A stretch of DNA of 64,000 nucleotides from an uncultured delta proteobacterium (GTDB lineage Bacteria; Myxococcota_A; Polyangia; Polyangiales; Polyangiaceae), in NCBI GenBank assembly GCA_963716725.1, contig CAVQUB010000004.1, forward strand, positions 32,001 through 96,000. The letters run 5' to 3'. A program made the translations under genes and the position numbers. Numbering within the stretch: the stretch's first letter is position 1; the number at the start of each line of letters is the position of its first letter. Below the pieces are notes generated by a model. The model did not search any database, was not told the DNA's origin, and worked only from the letters and a program-made list of their open reading frames with translations. Positions 1-10,267 of the stretch are shown piece by piece.

Positions 1-786
1 GCCGCGGCCGATGTGCTCACTTTCTCGACCCGAGTCGCCGAGCTCGAAGAGTCCGTGGTCGGCTCCGATCTCGGGCAGCGTCAGCGCGGGCTGGATCTCG
101 CACGGCTGATGGGCAACCCGGATCCGGATCGCAGCCTCGGCGCCCTCGCCAACGCTCCGCCCCAGGCCGGACCCAGGGCGACCCGCGCCGACGTGGAGGC
201 CGCGCTCCGGAGCGGATCGATGGAGTTGGCCGAGCTCGAGTCCCAGGTGAAGCTCGCGCGCACCCGCGCCGACGTGGCCGGCGAGTCCACGCGTCCGCGG
301 CTGGATCTCGAGGGCTTTCTCGAGTCGCAGGGCGTGAGCGAGCGCGTGCCCCGGGCGGTCACTCGCGCCGGGCAGCTGAGTTGGGTGACCGCGCATGTCG
401 GGGTGGTCTACGAGCTGCCGCTGGACGACTCGCGTCGCAACGCCGAGAAGCGATCGGCACTGCTCGCCGTGCGAGCCGCGGAACACAACCTGCGATCGAT
501 GCGCGACCGAATCACGGCCGAGGCGGCCCTGGCGGTCACCAACGAGAGCGCGGCGTCGCGTCGGGTGATCTTGGCCGAAAAGACCTTGGCCGTGGCGTTG
601 CAGGCCCACGCCGCCGAGAAGTCACGCTTCGAGCTCGGCCAGGGGCTGCCGATCTCGGTGCAGCAGGCCGAAGACGAACTCCGACGCGCGCGGCTCCGGG
701 TCGCCCGGGCCCGGGTGGATCTGGTGCAGGAGCAGACCGTGGTCTTGCACTTGGCCGGAAAGCTGCTGCGTCACTACGGGACCTGA
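1..786 (+). CDS. TolC-family outer membrane efflux protein (5' truncated by window)
   Basis: Frame open from base 1. OEP-repeat pattern with long amphipathic helices, 'RPRLDLEG', and 'EKSRFELGQG...VQQAEDEL..ARL' at the C-terminus. Confidence 0.8.
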   Translation, partial: AAADVLTFSTRVAELEESVVGSDLGQRQRGLDLARLMGNPDPDRSLGALANAPPQAGPRATRADVEAALRSGSMELAELESQVKLARTRADVAGESTRPRLDLEGFLESQGVSERVPRAVTRAGQLSWVTAHVGVVYELPLDDSRRNAEKRSALLAVRAAEHNLRSMRDRITAEAALAVTNESAASRRVILAEKTLAVALQAHAAEKSRFELGQGLPISVQQAEDELRRARLRVARARVDLVQEQTVVLHLAGKLLRHYGT

Positions 787-794
787 ACCGCGCC

Positions 795-2678
795 TCACTC
801 CGGCGCGGAGAAGATCACCCGGGCACGCCACACCGTTGCGCCGTACCCATCGGCGCGCGACAGCGCTCGCGCGGCCTCGGGCACGCTCGGATCGCGCAGC
901 ATCGCCAGGTGTTCATTGGCCATGCCGCGCACGGCCTTGGGTTGGGACGGGTCCTTGGCCAAGCGCAGCATCGTCGCGCGACACTGATCGCCCAGCAGAC
1001 TGAGGGCCCAGAATGCGTGGTCGACGGCCTCGGGCTTGGCTCCGCGGGCCGCATCGCCGACGGTCGCGCAGGCGCTGGCGGGTCGCCGCCGCGCGAGCAG
1101 GGTCGTGGTCAGCGTGCGAGTGAAGCCCTCCTGGTCGAGCAGGCCCAGGACGAAGCGGTGGTCCCCGCGACTCGCGAGCTCCTCCACCACCCGACCGTGT
1201 TCGGTGATGATGAGCGCGCCCCGCCGGGGCCACGAGTCCCGGGAGAAGCGCCGCATGTGCTGTCGTTGCGCGACCAGCAGACGCGCGGCGGCGAGATCGC
1301 GGGCGCCTGGCAGATCGAGCTTCAGCATGTACCAAATGGCGACCCATGGAGCCGTGCCGTCGTCGTCGGCATCGGTGGCGAGTTTGGTGAGCTTGCTTTG
1401 GGCGCCCGCGTCACCGAGAGCGCTCAGCGCGGCGAGGTGCATGGCTCGCCGATCGGGCACGAAGCTCCGGTGCGAGCGATCCCCCGCGACTTCCGGGTCG
1501 CTCGATTGCTTCTGGAGCCACAGCAAGAGGCGTATTCGCGCGGCGTCCGTCGCGTCCGATCGCGGCGTCGTTCGCGTGCGTTCGAGCCACGACAGGATCG
1601 CCTCGTAGCGGTGGCGGTGCAGGAGCACGTCCATCTCGGAGGTGTCCCGACCCGGATAGAGATCGGGCATCAGGGTGCTGTAGCAGGCCGCAGCACGCTG
1701 AGTGCTCAGCGAATCCGTCGAGAGCTCGGCGCGCAGTTCGGTGGTGAGCGCGGCGTCCCCGAGGCGGACCCGCGCCGCCAGGAACTCACAGCCGCCGGAA
1801 CCGCGCGGCAGATTCACGTCGTCCTTGGTCAGCATTCCGGAGACTCGTGCCAGCACCGCGCGGGCCTCTTCGCTGGGCGTCGTCACCCAGGGCAGGAGAT
1901 CGGTGTACAGCGTCGGGTTCTTGGACAGCCAGCTCGGCTCGCGGCGGGCGCGCTCGATCAGCTCGAGCGCGTACTTCTGCGCCAGCGCCGGATCGAGGCG
2001 CGGCAGCGCGTCGAGCGTGTCGCGCCAGAGGTTGAAGCCGTCGCGCTCGAAGCTGCGGAGCAGCGCCAGGACCTTGGGCGCGGACGCCGTGTCCCCGAGA
2101 TCCGCCAGGGCCCGCGCCGCAGCGTGCTTGCTGCGACGGAGCTCACCGGCTTGCCAGGGCTCGACGTTCTTGGGCATCGGCCGCTCGAGCTCGCGCCGAA
2201 GCAGGGGCAGCGCGCCCGTGAGCCGGAGCTCGCCGGCGGCGTGCATGTTGTCCTGCCGCCACGATTCGACGTAGGGGTGTCCGTAGAAGCGAGTGCCGGG
2301 CGCGGCGCCGATCACGCGCAGGATCCCCGGCGTGCCCCGCGGGACGCCGATGCAGCGCCAGGTGTTGCGGCTCTGGGTCAACACCAGCTTGGGTTCCTGA
2401 GGGCGAGCTGTCGGAAGCGTCTCCGGGCTCCGCCGCGTGGGCAGCGGATCGCTCTCGGGAAGGTCGAAGACCTCGAGCTTGGCCATCTCGAGCCGTGGGG
2501 GTCGCTTGCGCGGCAGCGGGAGCCAATCGTTCGCTGGGCGTCTGCGCTCGGGCGCTGGTGCCTGCGCAACTCCGGGCTTTGGATCTTCGTGACACACCGC
2601 GTGCCGCGAAGGATCCGCCCCGGCTTCGCCCGCAAGGCAGAGGAGCGCCGAGGCCGCGAGCAGGGAGGCGGACCTCAC
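795..2678 (-). CDS. Secreted HEAT-repeat-like helical hypothetical protein
   Basis: GTG at 2678 overlaps the upstream TGA (GTGA). Signal-peptide-like N-terminus (MRSASLLAASALLCLAGEAGA). HEAT-like motifs 'AAARALADLGD' and 'LAALSALGD'. Confidence 0.65.
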   Translation of the reverse strand: MRSASLLAASALLCLAGEAGADPSRHAVCHEDPKPGVAQAPAPERRRPANDWLPLPRKRPPRLEMAKLEVFDLPESDPLPTRRSPETLPTARPQEPKLVLTQSRNTWRCIGVPRGTPGILRVIGAAPGTRFYGHPYVESWRQDNMHAAGELRLTGALPLLRRELERPMPKNVEPWQAGELRRSKHAAARALADLGDTASAPKVLALLRSFERDGFNLWRDTLDALPRLDPALAQKYALELIERARREPSWLSKNPTLYTDLLPWVTTPSEEARAVLARVSGMLTKDDVNLPRGSGGCEFLAARVRLGDAALTTELRAELSTDSLSTQRAAACYSTLMPDLYPGRDTSEMDVLLHRHRYEAILSWLERTRTTPRSDATDAARIRLLLWLQKQSSDPEVAGDRSHRSFVPDRRAMHLAALSALGDAGAQSKLTKLATDADDDGTAPWVAIWYMLKLDLPGARDLAAARLLVAQRQHMRRFSRDSWPRRGALIITEHGRVVEELASRGDHRFVLGLLDQEGFTRTLTTTLLARRRPASACATVGDAARGAKPEAVDHAFWALSLLGDQCRATMLRLAKDPSQPKAVRGMANEHLAMLRDPSVPEAARALSRADGYGATVWRARVIFSAPE

Positions 2679-3914
2679 GGCGTCACCTCCGAGAGCGCTG
2701 TCTCCGCCGGCTCGCGGGCGTCGCAGTAGAGCGGAACGTCCACGCGTCGGGACGAAAAGAGCACGCTGGCCCAGTGCGAGCCGCGCTCGTTCGGGAGGCG
2801 CACCTGGTAGCCGCCCTCGACCCACAGCTCGCCGTCGAGGGTGCGGACGGCGCGCACCTGGATTGGCCCGGCGGGTGACACGAAGCCCAGCCGGGGCAGG
2901 GGCACCCGCGTCAGCTGGGCGTCCTTCATGCGATAGAGCGCGCGTCCAGCCGCGAGCCACAGCGTGCCTCGACCATCGGCGGCGACCGACATGATGCCGT
3001 CGTTGAACCCCGTCTCGACGTTGCTCCAGCTCTTGCCGTCGAAGCGAGCGAGGAAGGCGCGACGCTGCTCGGGCTCCCTGAAGGGTTCGTACGCGCCCAG
3101 GTAGATTTCGTCTTCGCTGGGAGCCGCGAGGCTCAGGTTGACGATGCCGTCGAGCCGCTCGCCGAAGGGAACGAGCTCGATGGTCCAGCGCGTCGCGTTC
3201 GGCGCTCCGTGCGCCACCATCAGCGTGGTCACGCCGTAGTTCGCTGCTTTGGCGTCGTCACAGCGTCCGGCCACGATCGTGCCGCCCTTGGGCGTCGCCG
3301 CCCACGTCAGGGGCACGAAGTCGAGCTCCGGACCGCAGATCTCCCGCCCCGGCAGCTCCGGCAACCCGCGCGACGCGGCCGGCACGCTCACCGGATCGCG
3401 GGTCGGCTGCCAGCCGGATACGGAAGCGGTATCCGCTTGGCTCGCGCTCGAAGAGCGGACCGCGTTTCACCAGGCTGTAGCGCACGGTCGTGCGCAGCAA
3501 CCACGGATCTTCCGCGCTGCCACCCAGCCGCAGCTCCCCCTCGACGTAGCCGCGGGCGTCCGTCGGCAGCCCACGGAGCAGGGAAGGTCGGCGATGCGCG
3601 CGTCCGCCTCGGAGTTCTGCCAGCGTCTCCGCGGTCGCCACTCGGTCACCCGGCAACCACCCGGCGAGCACGCGCCCGTGGTCGCCGTAGACCAAGAAGC
3701 GGCGCTCGCCGGCGGCCTCGATGGAGAGCTTCGGGCAGGGGCCCTCCGCGAACACCTGCAAGTCTCCCGGGGGCGCCCGCGTCGCCTCGGGCGCCTGCGC
3801 GACCTGAGGCGCGGCGCCGCACGAAAGCGTCAGCGTCGCCGCGAGCATCGCGGCGGAGCGCGGGTCGAATCTGAACGACGTTGCTGCTCCGAAAGCCACG
3901 GCGCAGCCTAGCAT
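2675..3914 (-). pseudogene. Beta-rich putative lipoprotein split by a single frameshift near 3420 (real or assembly error)
   Basis: ORF 3258-3914 (lipobox-like LTLSC) and ORF 2675-3391 join into one reading if one base is removed at CGC TTC CGT A TCC GGC TGG (...GYRFR/SGWQPTRDPVSVP...). Confidence 0.55.
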
Positions 3915-4012
3915 CGTACACGCCGAATCGAGACCCTGCGGTCGCTGGGCCGGCGCTGGGGCACCTGAGCTTCCACCCGTTCTCGGAACTCGATCTGGTG
4001 TAGAAGGCCCGC

Positions 4013-4636
4013 ATGCAGAAGCTCGCCAAGGGCATTCACTCGTTTCAGAGCGGGTACTTCGCGACGCATCGACAGCTCTTCGAGCAGCTCGCGTCGGCAG
4101 GGCAGAACCCTGAGACGTTGTTCATCACCTGCTCGGACTCGCGAGTGGTGCCGAATCTGATCACCAACGCGGCTCCCGGGGAACTGTTCCTGATCCGCAA
4201 CGTGGGCAACGTGGTTCCGCACCCGACGCTGCCCGGCGGCACGGCTGCGGCGATGGAGTACGCGGTGGAGGTGCTCGGGGTCGAGAACGTCATCGTGTGT
4301 GGGCACACCCAGTGCGGCGCCATCCAAGCCATCTTGCATCCCGAGACCGTGGCGCACTTGCCCTACGTCAAGCGCTGGGTCGAGGGCAGCGGCGAGCTGA
4401 GTCGGCTGCTGTCCGAGCGCTACGCACAGCTCGAGGGTGACGCGCTAGCTACCGTGGCGGTTCAAGAAAACGTGCTTCTCCAGGCAGAGAACCTGCGGCG
4501 TTTCGAGTTCGTCGAGAGGAAGCTGGCCGCGGGCAAGCTGCACATCAGCGCTTGGGTGTTCAAGATCGCGACCGGCCAGGTCTTCGACTTCGATCCGGAG
4601 AGCGGCGAGTTCGTCGAGCTGAGCCCGGACGAGTAG
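4013..4636 (+). CDS. cynT: Beta-class carbonic anhydrase (CynT-like)
   Basis: Zinc ligand motifs CSDSRV and GHTQCGA; also RNVGN and EYAVEVL. Confidence 0.93.
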   Translation: MQKLAKGIHSFQSGYFATHRQLFEQLASAGQNPETLFITCSDSRVVPNLITNAAPGELFLIRNVGNVVPHPTLPGGTAAAMEYAVEVLGVENVIVCGHTQCGAIQAILHPETVAHLPYVKRWVEGSGELSRLLSERYAQLEGDALATVAVQENVLLQAENLRRFEFVERKLAAGKLHISAWVFKIATGQVFDFDPESGEFVELSPDE

Positions 4637-4700
4637 TGAGTCCCGGCCAGGACGCCCGGGACTTTGCCCCGCCGAGGCCCCTGGTGCTACTCGCCAGGGC

Positions 4701-6317
4701 ATGGCCGGCGAAGCCCCGAGCTCGGCGGAGGCCGAGCGCAAAAAGATCACCGGGCGCGCCGGGATCGTGGCGGCCGGCACCCTGTTCAGTCGGCTCTTGG
4801 GGCTGGTGCGCGATCAGGTGCTCGCCGCGGTCTTCAGCCGGGCAGCCACCGACGCGTTCTTCGTGGCGTTCACCATCCCCAACGTGCTCCGTCAGTTGCT
4901 CGCCGAGGGCGCCGTGCAGAACGCGGTCCTGCCCGTCCTGGCCAAGACCCGCGAGCAGGAGGGCGACGAGGCGGCTCGCCGGCTGTTCCGCACGCTGCGC
5001 GGCCTCTCACTCCTGACGCTCACGGTCGTGACCGTCGCCGGCATCGCGCTGGCGCCCCAGTTGGTGGATCTCTTCGCCGGCGGCTTTCGCGCCCACGAGG
5101 GACAGTACGAACGCACGGTGACGCTCACGCGCTGGGTATTCCCGTACATCTTCTTCATGGGTACCGCCGCGCTGGGCGTCGCGGCGCTCAACGTGCACCA
5201 GCGCTTCGTCGCCACCAGCTTCGCGCCCGCGTTGCTCAACGTCGCCTTCGTGGTGTGCGCGCTCGCGTTGCCGGATCTCGTGGATGCGCGCGGCCACGAC
5301 CGCACGCTGGCCCTGGCCGCTGGCGTGTTGATCGGCGGCCTGCTCCAGGTCGTCGCGCAGTGGCCCAGCTTGAAGGCCATCGGATACCTGGTGGCTCCCA
5401 GCTTCGACCTCGCGCTCCGCGGCGTGCGCGAGACCCTCCGGCGCATGGGGCCCGTCTTGATCGGGCTGGGTGTGTACTACGTCGACGTGGTGCTCGCGCG
5501 CCGGTTTCTGTCCGAGCTCGGCGTCGGTGCCCAGAGTTACTTCGGCTGGGCATTGCGCCTGTGCGACTTCCCGCAAGGCATCTTCGTGATGGCGCTGCAG
5601 AGCGCGACCTTGCCGAGCCTCGCGCTCTTGGTCGCGCGGGGGGATCACGCGGAGGTCAAGAAGACCTTCGTCTATGGCATGCGCCTTTCGCTCTTCGTGG
5701 CGCTGGCCGCCAGCGTCTTGTTCGTGGCGTTGGCCGAGCCGGTGGTGGCCTTGATCTTCCAGCGTGGACACTTTGACGCCGAGTCCACCCGCGAGACCGC
5801 CAAGGCGCTGGCGGCGCAAGGGCTCGGGATCTGGATGGTCGCCGCCGTGAGGCAGCTGGTCGCCGTGTACTACGCGCTCGGCGACACGCGCACCCCGGTC
5901 ATCGTCGCGGCCGTCGACCTCGCCGTGTTCGTGACTTTGGCGCTGTCCCTCAGAGGCCCCCTCGGGCACGTCGGGGTGAGCCTCGCCGTGACCGGCGCGA
6001 GCGGCGCGCAGATGATCATGCTCTGGATCGGGCTGCGCTTCCGACTGGGCGACACCGGATTGTTCGAGATCGCCGGATCCGCGCTGAAGACCCTCCTGGC
6101 CGCGGCGGCGGCGGCCGGCGCTGGGATGGGCGTGGCCTGGGCGTTGGCGGCTCCCCCGGGCGCAGGAGCCTTGAGGGTCTTGCTGCCCGGCCTCGCGGCC
6201 GTGTCGGCCTACGGCGTGGTGTTCCTGATCGCGGCTTGGGTCGTCCGCAGCGAAGAGCTCCGCGGGCTGGTGGAAGCGGTGGCGCGGCGGCGAAGCTCCG
6301 GCGCGAGCGCGAGCTGA
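4701..6317 (+). CDS. murJ: Lipid II flippase MurJ (MviN)
   Basis: SRLLGLVRD, DAFFVAFTIPNVLRQLLAEGA, FQRGHFD, YYALGDTRTP; multi-TM protein. Confidence 0.96.
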   Translation: MAGEAPSSAEAERKKITGRAGIVAAGTLFSRLLGLVRDQVLAAVFSRAATDAFFVAFTIPNVLRQLLAEGAVQNAVLPVLAKTREQEGDEAARRLFRTLRGLSLLTLTVVTVAGIALAPQLVDLFAGGFRAHEGQYERTVTLTRWVFPYIFFMGTAALGVAALNVHQRFVATSFAPALLNVAFVVCALALPDLVDARGHDRTLALAAGVLIGGLLQVVAQWPSLKAIGYLVAPSFDLALRGVRETLRRMGPVLIGLGVYYVDVVLARRFLSELGVGAQSYFGWALRLCDFPQGIFVMALQSATLPSLALLVARGDHAEVKKTFVYGMRLSLFVALAASVLFVALAEPVVALIFQRGHFDAESTRETAKALAAQGLGIWMVAAVRQLVAVYYALGDTRTPVIVAAVDLAVFVTLALSLRGPLGHVGVSLAVTGASGAQMIMLWIGLRFRLGDTGLFEIAGSALKTLLAAAAAAGAGMGVAWALAAPPGAGALRVLLPGLAAVSAYGVVFLIAAWVVRSEELRGLVEAVARRRSSGASAS

Positions 6318-6567
6318 GCGAGAGCCCGGGAGCGGGAGCGCAAGGGCTGCGGGAACGCCTCCGGGTCGTGCAGGTCTCGCGCTTTTGGACCGTGCTGACC
6401 GGGCACCCGGGGGGGCGTGCAGAGCAGCGTCACCGGAGTTCCGCCGCGAAAGCAGCCTATTTCGTGGCCCGCGGGCGGGCGGTTCGACGGATCCCTCCGG
6501 GCGGGCGCAAGAGTTGCATTGGGCCCCGCCAGCTCACTGGGTTACGGCGGCGACGGGAGCATACAAT

Positions 6568-9468
6568 ATGACGAAATCTCGGGTCTGGGGGTTGATTGGA
6601 AGTGGACTGGTCCTGGTCGCTGCTTGTAGCGGTGACGATGGCGGCGCTGGTCCCAAAGGCGCGACCAGCAAGCCCTGCACCGTCGAGAGCAACGGCGACG
6701 GCACGGCAACCATCACCTGCCCTGACGGCACGACCGTCACCGTAAACGACGGCAAGCCCGGCGACGCGGGCCCACCCGGCGAAGCGGGCCCACCCGCCGA
6801 CGCGGGCACCACCTGCACCATCGTCGACAACAACAACGGCACCAAGACCATCACCTGCTCGGATGGAACCCAGATCACGGTCTCGAGCGCGCTCTTGGAC
6901 TACGCCAAGCTCACACCCGCCGAGAAGACCGACCTCGACCCGACGATGGTGATCACCGACGTGAAGTTCCCCACCGACGGGAAGCCGGTGGTCACAGTCA
7001 AGGTCACCGATCGCAAGGGCAACCCCGTGAAGGGGCTCGACGCGCTTTCGACGGGCGCGGGCCTGACCTGGCGCGCGTCGGTGCTGAAGCTGGGCGCCAA
7101 CGTGAACGGGAGCGCCAACGATACCTGGGTGAGCTACCTCGCCGCCAACGCGACCAGCTCCGCGAGCGCTGAAAACGCCTCGAGCACCGCTGCCCCGACC
7201 GCGACCCAGGGCATGCTCGAGGACAAAGGCGATGGCACCTACGTCTACACCTTTGCCAAGGTGATCACCGACGAGCCCAACGCCGGCACCAAGTACGAAG
7301 CCGACAAGCACCATCGCATCATCGTGCTCGCCTACAAGAGCGGGAACCCCTTCCGGCCGATGGACGCCTGGAAGGATCTGATCCCCCAGACGGGCGCCGA
7401 CGTGTCCGGGAAGAACGACAAGGTCAACGGCGCTGCCTGCTTGAACTGCCACTCCGACTGGCGCGCGCCGGCGAACTCTGTCGGGGCGTTCCACAGCGGA
7501 ACCCGCTACGAGGTCAACACCTGCGTGGCCTGTCACAACGACCAGCGCCGCTTCAGCAGCGCGGGCGCTGCTTTGACCGAGCCCACCATGACTGCGGGCA
7601 GCACGCCCGGCACCTACAAGTGGAGCGGAAGCGCCAGCATCATCAACGGCGAGGCTACCCTGAACCTGCCGGTCTTCATCCACAAGATCCACATGGGTCA
7701 CAAGCTCTCGCTCGTCCCCGACCGCGCCGGCGGCGGCGGCGGCTACGCTGCCGTGCAGTTCGACGAAGCCACCTACCCGCAGGACGTACGCAACTGCGCG
7801 AAGTGCCACAACACGGTGGACCAGGCCGACAACGTGAAGAGCAAGCCGAGCCGGCGAGCCTGCGGGTCCTGTCACGACAACATCTCCTTCGACGCGGCGG
7901 CTCCGCTGGGGCGCAAGAAGCACACCGGTGGCGCGGCCACGACCGACTCGGACTGCGCGACCTGCCACGGCGCGGGCAAGATCCTGGCTCCGAAGCACGA
8001 GCCGGTGGCTGCCCCGGACACCGTCACCAGCGGCACGCTGCCCGCTTCTCCCGACGGTCGCTACGTGATGGGCGGCTGGCAGGGTGACAGCTCGACGCAG
8101 GGTTACAAGTCCTGCACCGTCGCCTCGCCCTGCACCTGCACGGCGGCCGCGCCGTGTCTGCCCAGCTCCAACAGCTCGGCGTCGTGGATCGCCGCGACGG
8201 GCTTCGTGCCCACGGGCGCCGCCAAGATCACCTACGACGTCAAAGAGGTGAAGATCGACGCCACCACCAAGAACCCGAGCATCGTCTTCAAGTTCCTGAA
8301 GGACGGCGTCGACGTCGACTTCGGCACCTACAACGCGACCACCAAGCCGGAGCTGCTGACGGGCTTCGTGGGCTCGCCGAGCGCGTACTTCGCCTACTCG
8401 CTGCCCCAGGACGGGATCGCCTCGCCCGCGGACTTCAACGCCTCGACCAGCGCCTACATCAAGGGCGTGTGGAACGGGTCCAACAGCAACGCGACCATGA
8501 CCAAGGACGCGGCGACCGGCTACTACACGCTCACGCTGACCAACGTCGTCTTGCCGGCGACCGCCAAGATGCTCACCGGAGGCATCGGCTACAGCTACAG
8601 CATGTCGAGCACGCGGCCGCTGATTCAGGTCGACCTGCCCGTGTACCCCTACGACGCGACGACCAAGATCGGTGGGCTGACGGTTCCGTCGCCGAACGTC
8701 TGGAAGACGGCGACAGGGCACACCACGCGCCGACCCATCGTCGACACGGCCAAGTGCAACAAGTGCCATGACGGCTTGGGCGTCAGCCCCACCTTCCACT
8801 CGGCTCAGCGCAACGACGCACCGACCTGCTCGTTCTGCCACAACACCAACCGCGTCAACGGCGGCTGGGCCGTCAACGCCAAGGACATCGTTCACGCCAT
8901 CCACTCGGGTGCCAAGCGCACCGTGCCCTTCAGCTGGCACGGAGAGATCAAGGCCTGGGAGGTGACCTACCCCGGTGTCCTCAACAACTGCGGTCAGTGC
9001 CACGTCGATGGCAGCTACGACTTCAGCGCTAGCGCGTCGGCGAAGGCCATGACGAGCCTGCTCTACAGCACGGCGGCCCAGGGGATCTACAAGTCGGCTC
9101 CGACGGCTCCGGCGACCATCGGTCCCTATCTGTCCCCGTACATCACGGCCGACACCGCCAACTATGGCGTGGGCTTCGCCACATCGAACCAGACCTCGGG
9201 CACGCGCAACGGAGTGGCCTGCACCACCGCGGCGCCTTGTGTCTGTTCGACCGCGGCGCCCTGTGACGCCGAAGGCGCGACCCTCGTCCACTCGCCGATC
9301 ACCGCTGCCTGCGCTTCGTGCCACGATTCAGCGACGGCCAAGAAGCACTTCGCCGACAACGACGGGTCGTTCTATGCCCCGCGCAGCGCCGCGCTGGGCA
9401 AGCAGGAGTCCTGCATGATGTGTCACGGTCCCGGCAAGATCGCCGCCATCGCTCAGGTCCACAAGTAG
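6568..9468 (+). CDS. Decaheme c-type cytochrome lipoprotein, OmcA/MtrC family
   Basis: Lipobox LVAAC. Ten CxxCH motifs (CLNCH, CVACH, CAKCH, CGSCH, CATCH, CNKCH, CSFCH, CGQCH, CASCH, CMMCH) in a 5+5 arrangement. Also IHKIH/VHAIH, TYP motifs and 'DKGDGTYVYTF'. Confidence 0.9.
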   Translation: MTKSRVWGLIGSGLVLVAACSGDDGGAGPKGATSKPCTVESNGDGTATITCPDGTTVTVNDGKPGDAGPPGEAGPPADAGTTCTIVDNNNGTKTITCSDGTQITVSSALLDYAKLTPAEKTDLDPTMVITDVKFPTDGKPVVTVKVTDRKGNPVKGLDALSTGAGLTWRASVLKLGANVNGSANDTWVSYLAANATSSASAENASSTAAPTATQGMLEDKGDGTYVYTFAKVITDEPNAGTKYEADKHHRIIVLAYKSGNPFRPMDAWKDLIPQTGADVSGKNDKVNGAACLNCHSDWRAPANSVGAFHSGTRYEVNTCVACHNDQRRFSSAGAALTEPTMTAGSTPGTYKWSGSASIINGEATLNLPVFIHKIHMGHKLSLVPDRAGGGGGYAAVQFDEATYPQDVRNCAKCHNTVDQADNVKSKPSRRACGSCHDNISFDAAAPLGRKKHTGGAATTDSDCATCHGAGKILAPKHEPVAAPDTVTSGTLPASPDGRYVMGGWQGDSSTQGYKSCTVASPCTCTAAAPCLPSSNSSASWIAATGFVPTGAAKITYDVKEVKIDATTKNPSIVFKFLKDGVDVDFGTYNATTKPELLTGFVGSPSAYFAYSLPQDGIASPADFNASTSAYIKGVWNGSNSNATMTKDAATGYYTLTLTNVVLPATAKMLTGGIGYSYSMSSTRPLIQVDLPVYPYDATTKIGGLTVPSPNVWKTATGHTTRRPIVDTAKCNKCHDGLGVSPTFHSAQRNDAPTCSFCHNTNRVNGGWAVNAKDIVHAIHSGAKRTVPFSWHGEIKAWEVTYPGVLNNCGQCHVDGSYDFSASASAKAMTSLLYSTAAQGIYKSAPTAPATIGPYLSPYITADTANYGVGFATSNQTSGTRNGVACTTAAPCVCSTAAPCDAEGATLVHSPITAACASCHDSATAKKHFADNDGSFYAPRSAALGKQESCMMCHGPGKIAAIAQVHK

Positions 9469-9511
9469 TCGGCGCCTCGGGCAGCCAGCTGTCCGATCGC
9501 GCTCAGCCGCG

Positions 9512-9568
9512 CTCCGCCGCGCTCCGCCCTCTCCGCTCGACTCCGAGCGGCGGGGGCGGCGGCGTTTG
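9512..9568 (+). terminator. Possible intrinsic terminator after the cytochrome gene
   Basis: Hairpin ccgctcg-actc-cgagcgg with extended GC pairing, followed by only a short TTTGT. Confidence 0.4.
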
Positions 9569-9628
9569 TGGAGATGCGCTCCGGATTGTCGTGGCGCTGC
9601 CCTCCGCGAAGCGGCAAGCTGCGCCCCG

Positions 9629-10261
9629 ATGAGCCCCGAGCCCGCCGACGTCAAGACCAGCGTGAAGAGCGCGGAGTTCACCGCGGCGGCGGCCGCCCTG
9701 GCCAACCTTCCGCCACCGCTGACCGTCGAGGTCGCCTTCGCGGGTCGCTCCAACGTCGGCAAGAGCAGCCTGATGAACTGCCTCTTGTCGCGCCGAAACC
9801 TGGTGCGAGTGAGCGGCACCCCGGGTTGCACGCGCACGCTCAGCTTGTTCGATGCGGAGCTCGGCGACGGCGCGCGCATCACCATGGTCGACCTGCCTGG
9901 GTACGGCTTCGCTCGGCGCAGCAAGACCGAGCGTGGCGCCTGGGCCGAGATGATCGAAGGCTATCTGCTGGAACGAGTCACCCTGCGCGCGGTCGTTTCA
10001 ATCATCGACGTTCGGCGCGGACTCGAGGACGACGACCGCGATCTGCTGACGATGATGGCGGCGCCGTCACAGGTGAGCCGCCCCCAGGTCACCACCCTGG
10101 TGGTGGCCACCAAGCTCGACAAGCTCCCGCTCAACAAACAGAAGCTCGAGCTCGAACGGGTGAGGAAGGGCGCCGGCGTGCCGGTGCTGGGGTTCTCCTC
10201 CGAGACCGGCTTCGGGCGGGACGAGCTGTGGCGGCGGATCAGGAAGGCGGCCGGGATCTGA
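9629..10261 (+). CDS. engB: Ribosome biogenesis GTPase YihA/EngB (YsxC)
   Basis: EVAFAGRSNVGKSSL (G1), TPGCT (G2), DLPGYG (G3), TKLDK (G4). Confidence 0.95.
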   Translation: MSPEPADVKTSVKSAEFTAAAAALANLPPPLTVEVAFAGRSNVGKSSLMNCLLSRRNLVRVSGTPGCTRTLSLFDAELGDGARITMVDLPGYGFARRSKTERGAWAEMIEGYLLERVTLRAVVSIIDVRRGLEDDDRDLLTMMAAPSQVSRPQVTTLVVATKLDKLPLNKQKLELERVRKGAGVPVLGFSSETGFGRDELWRRIRKAAGI

Positions 10262-10267
10262 GCCACG

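Noticed and set aside
3415..3435. Hairpin cggatac-N7-gtatccg at a frameshift as a programmed recoding signal
   Set aside because: No slippery heptamer, and the frameshift fits the window-wide indel pattern.
6500..6567. FNR/Crp box upstream of the decaheme cytochrome
   Set aside because: Only a TTGCAT half-like site; no TTGAT-N4-ATCAA or TGTGA-N6-TCACA palindrome.
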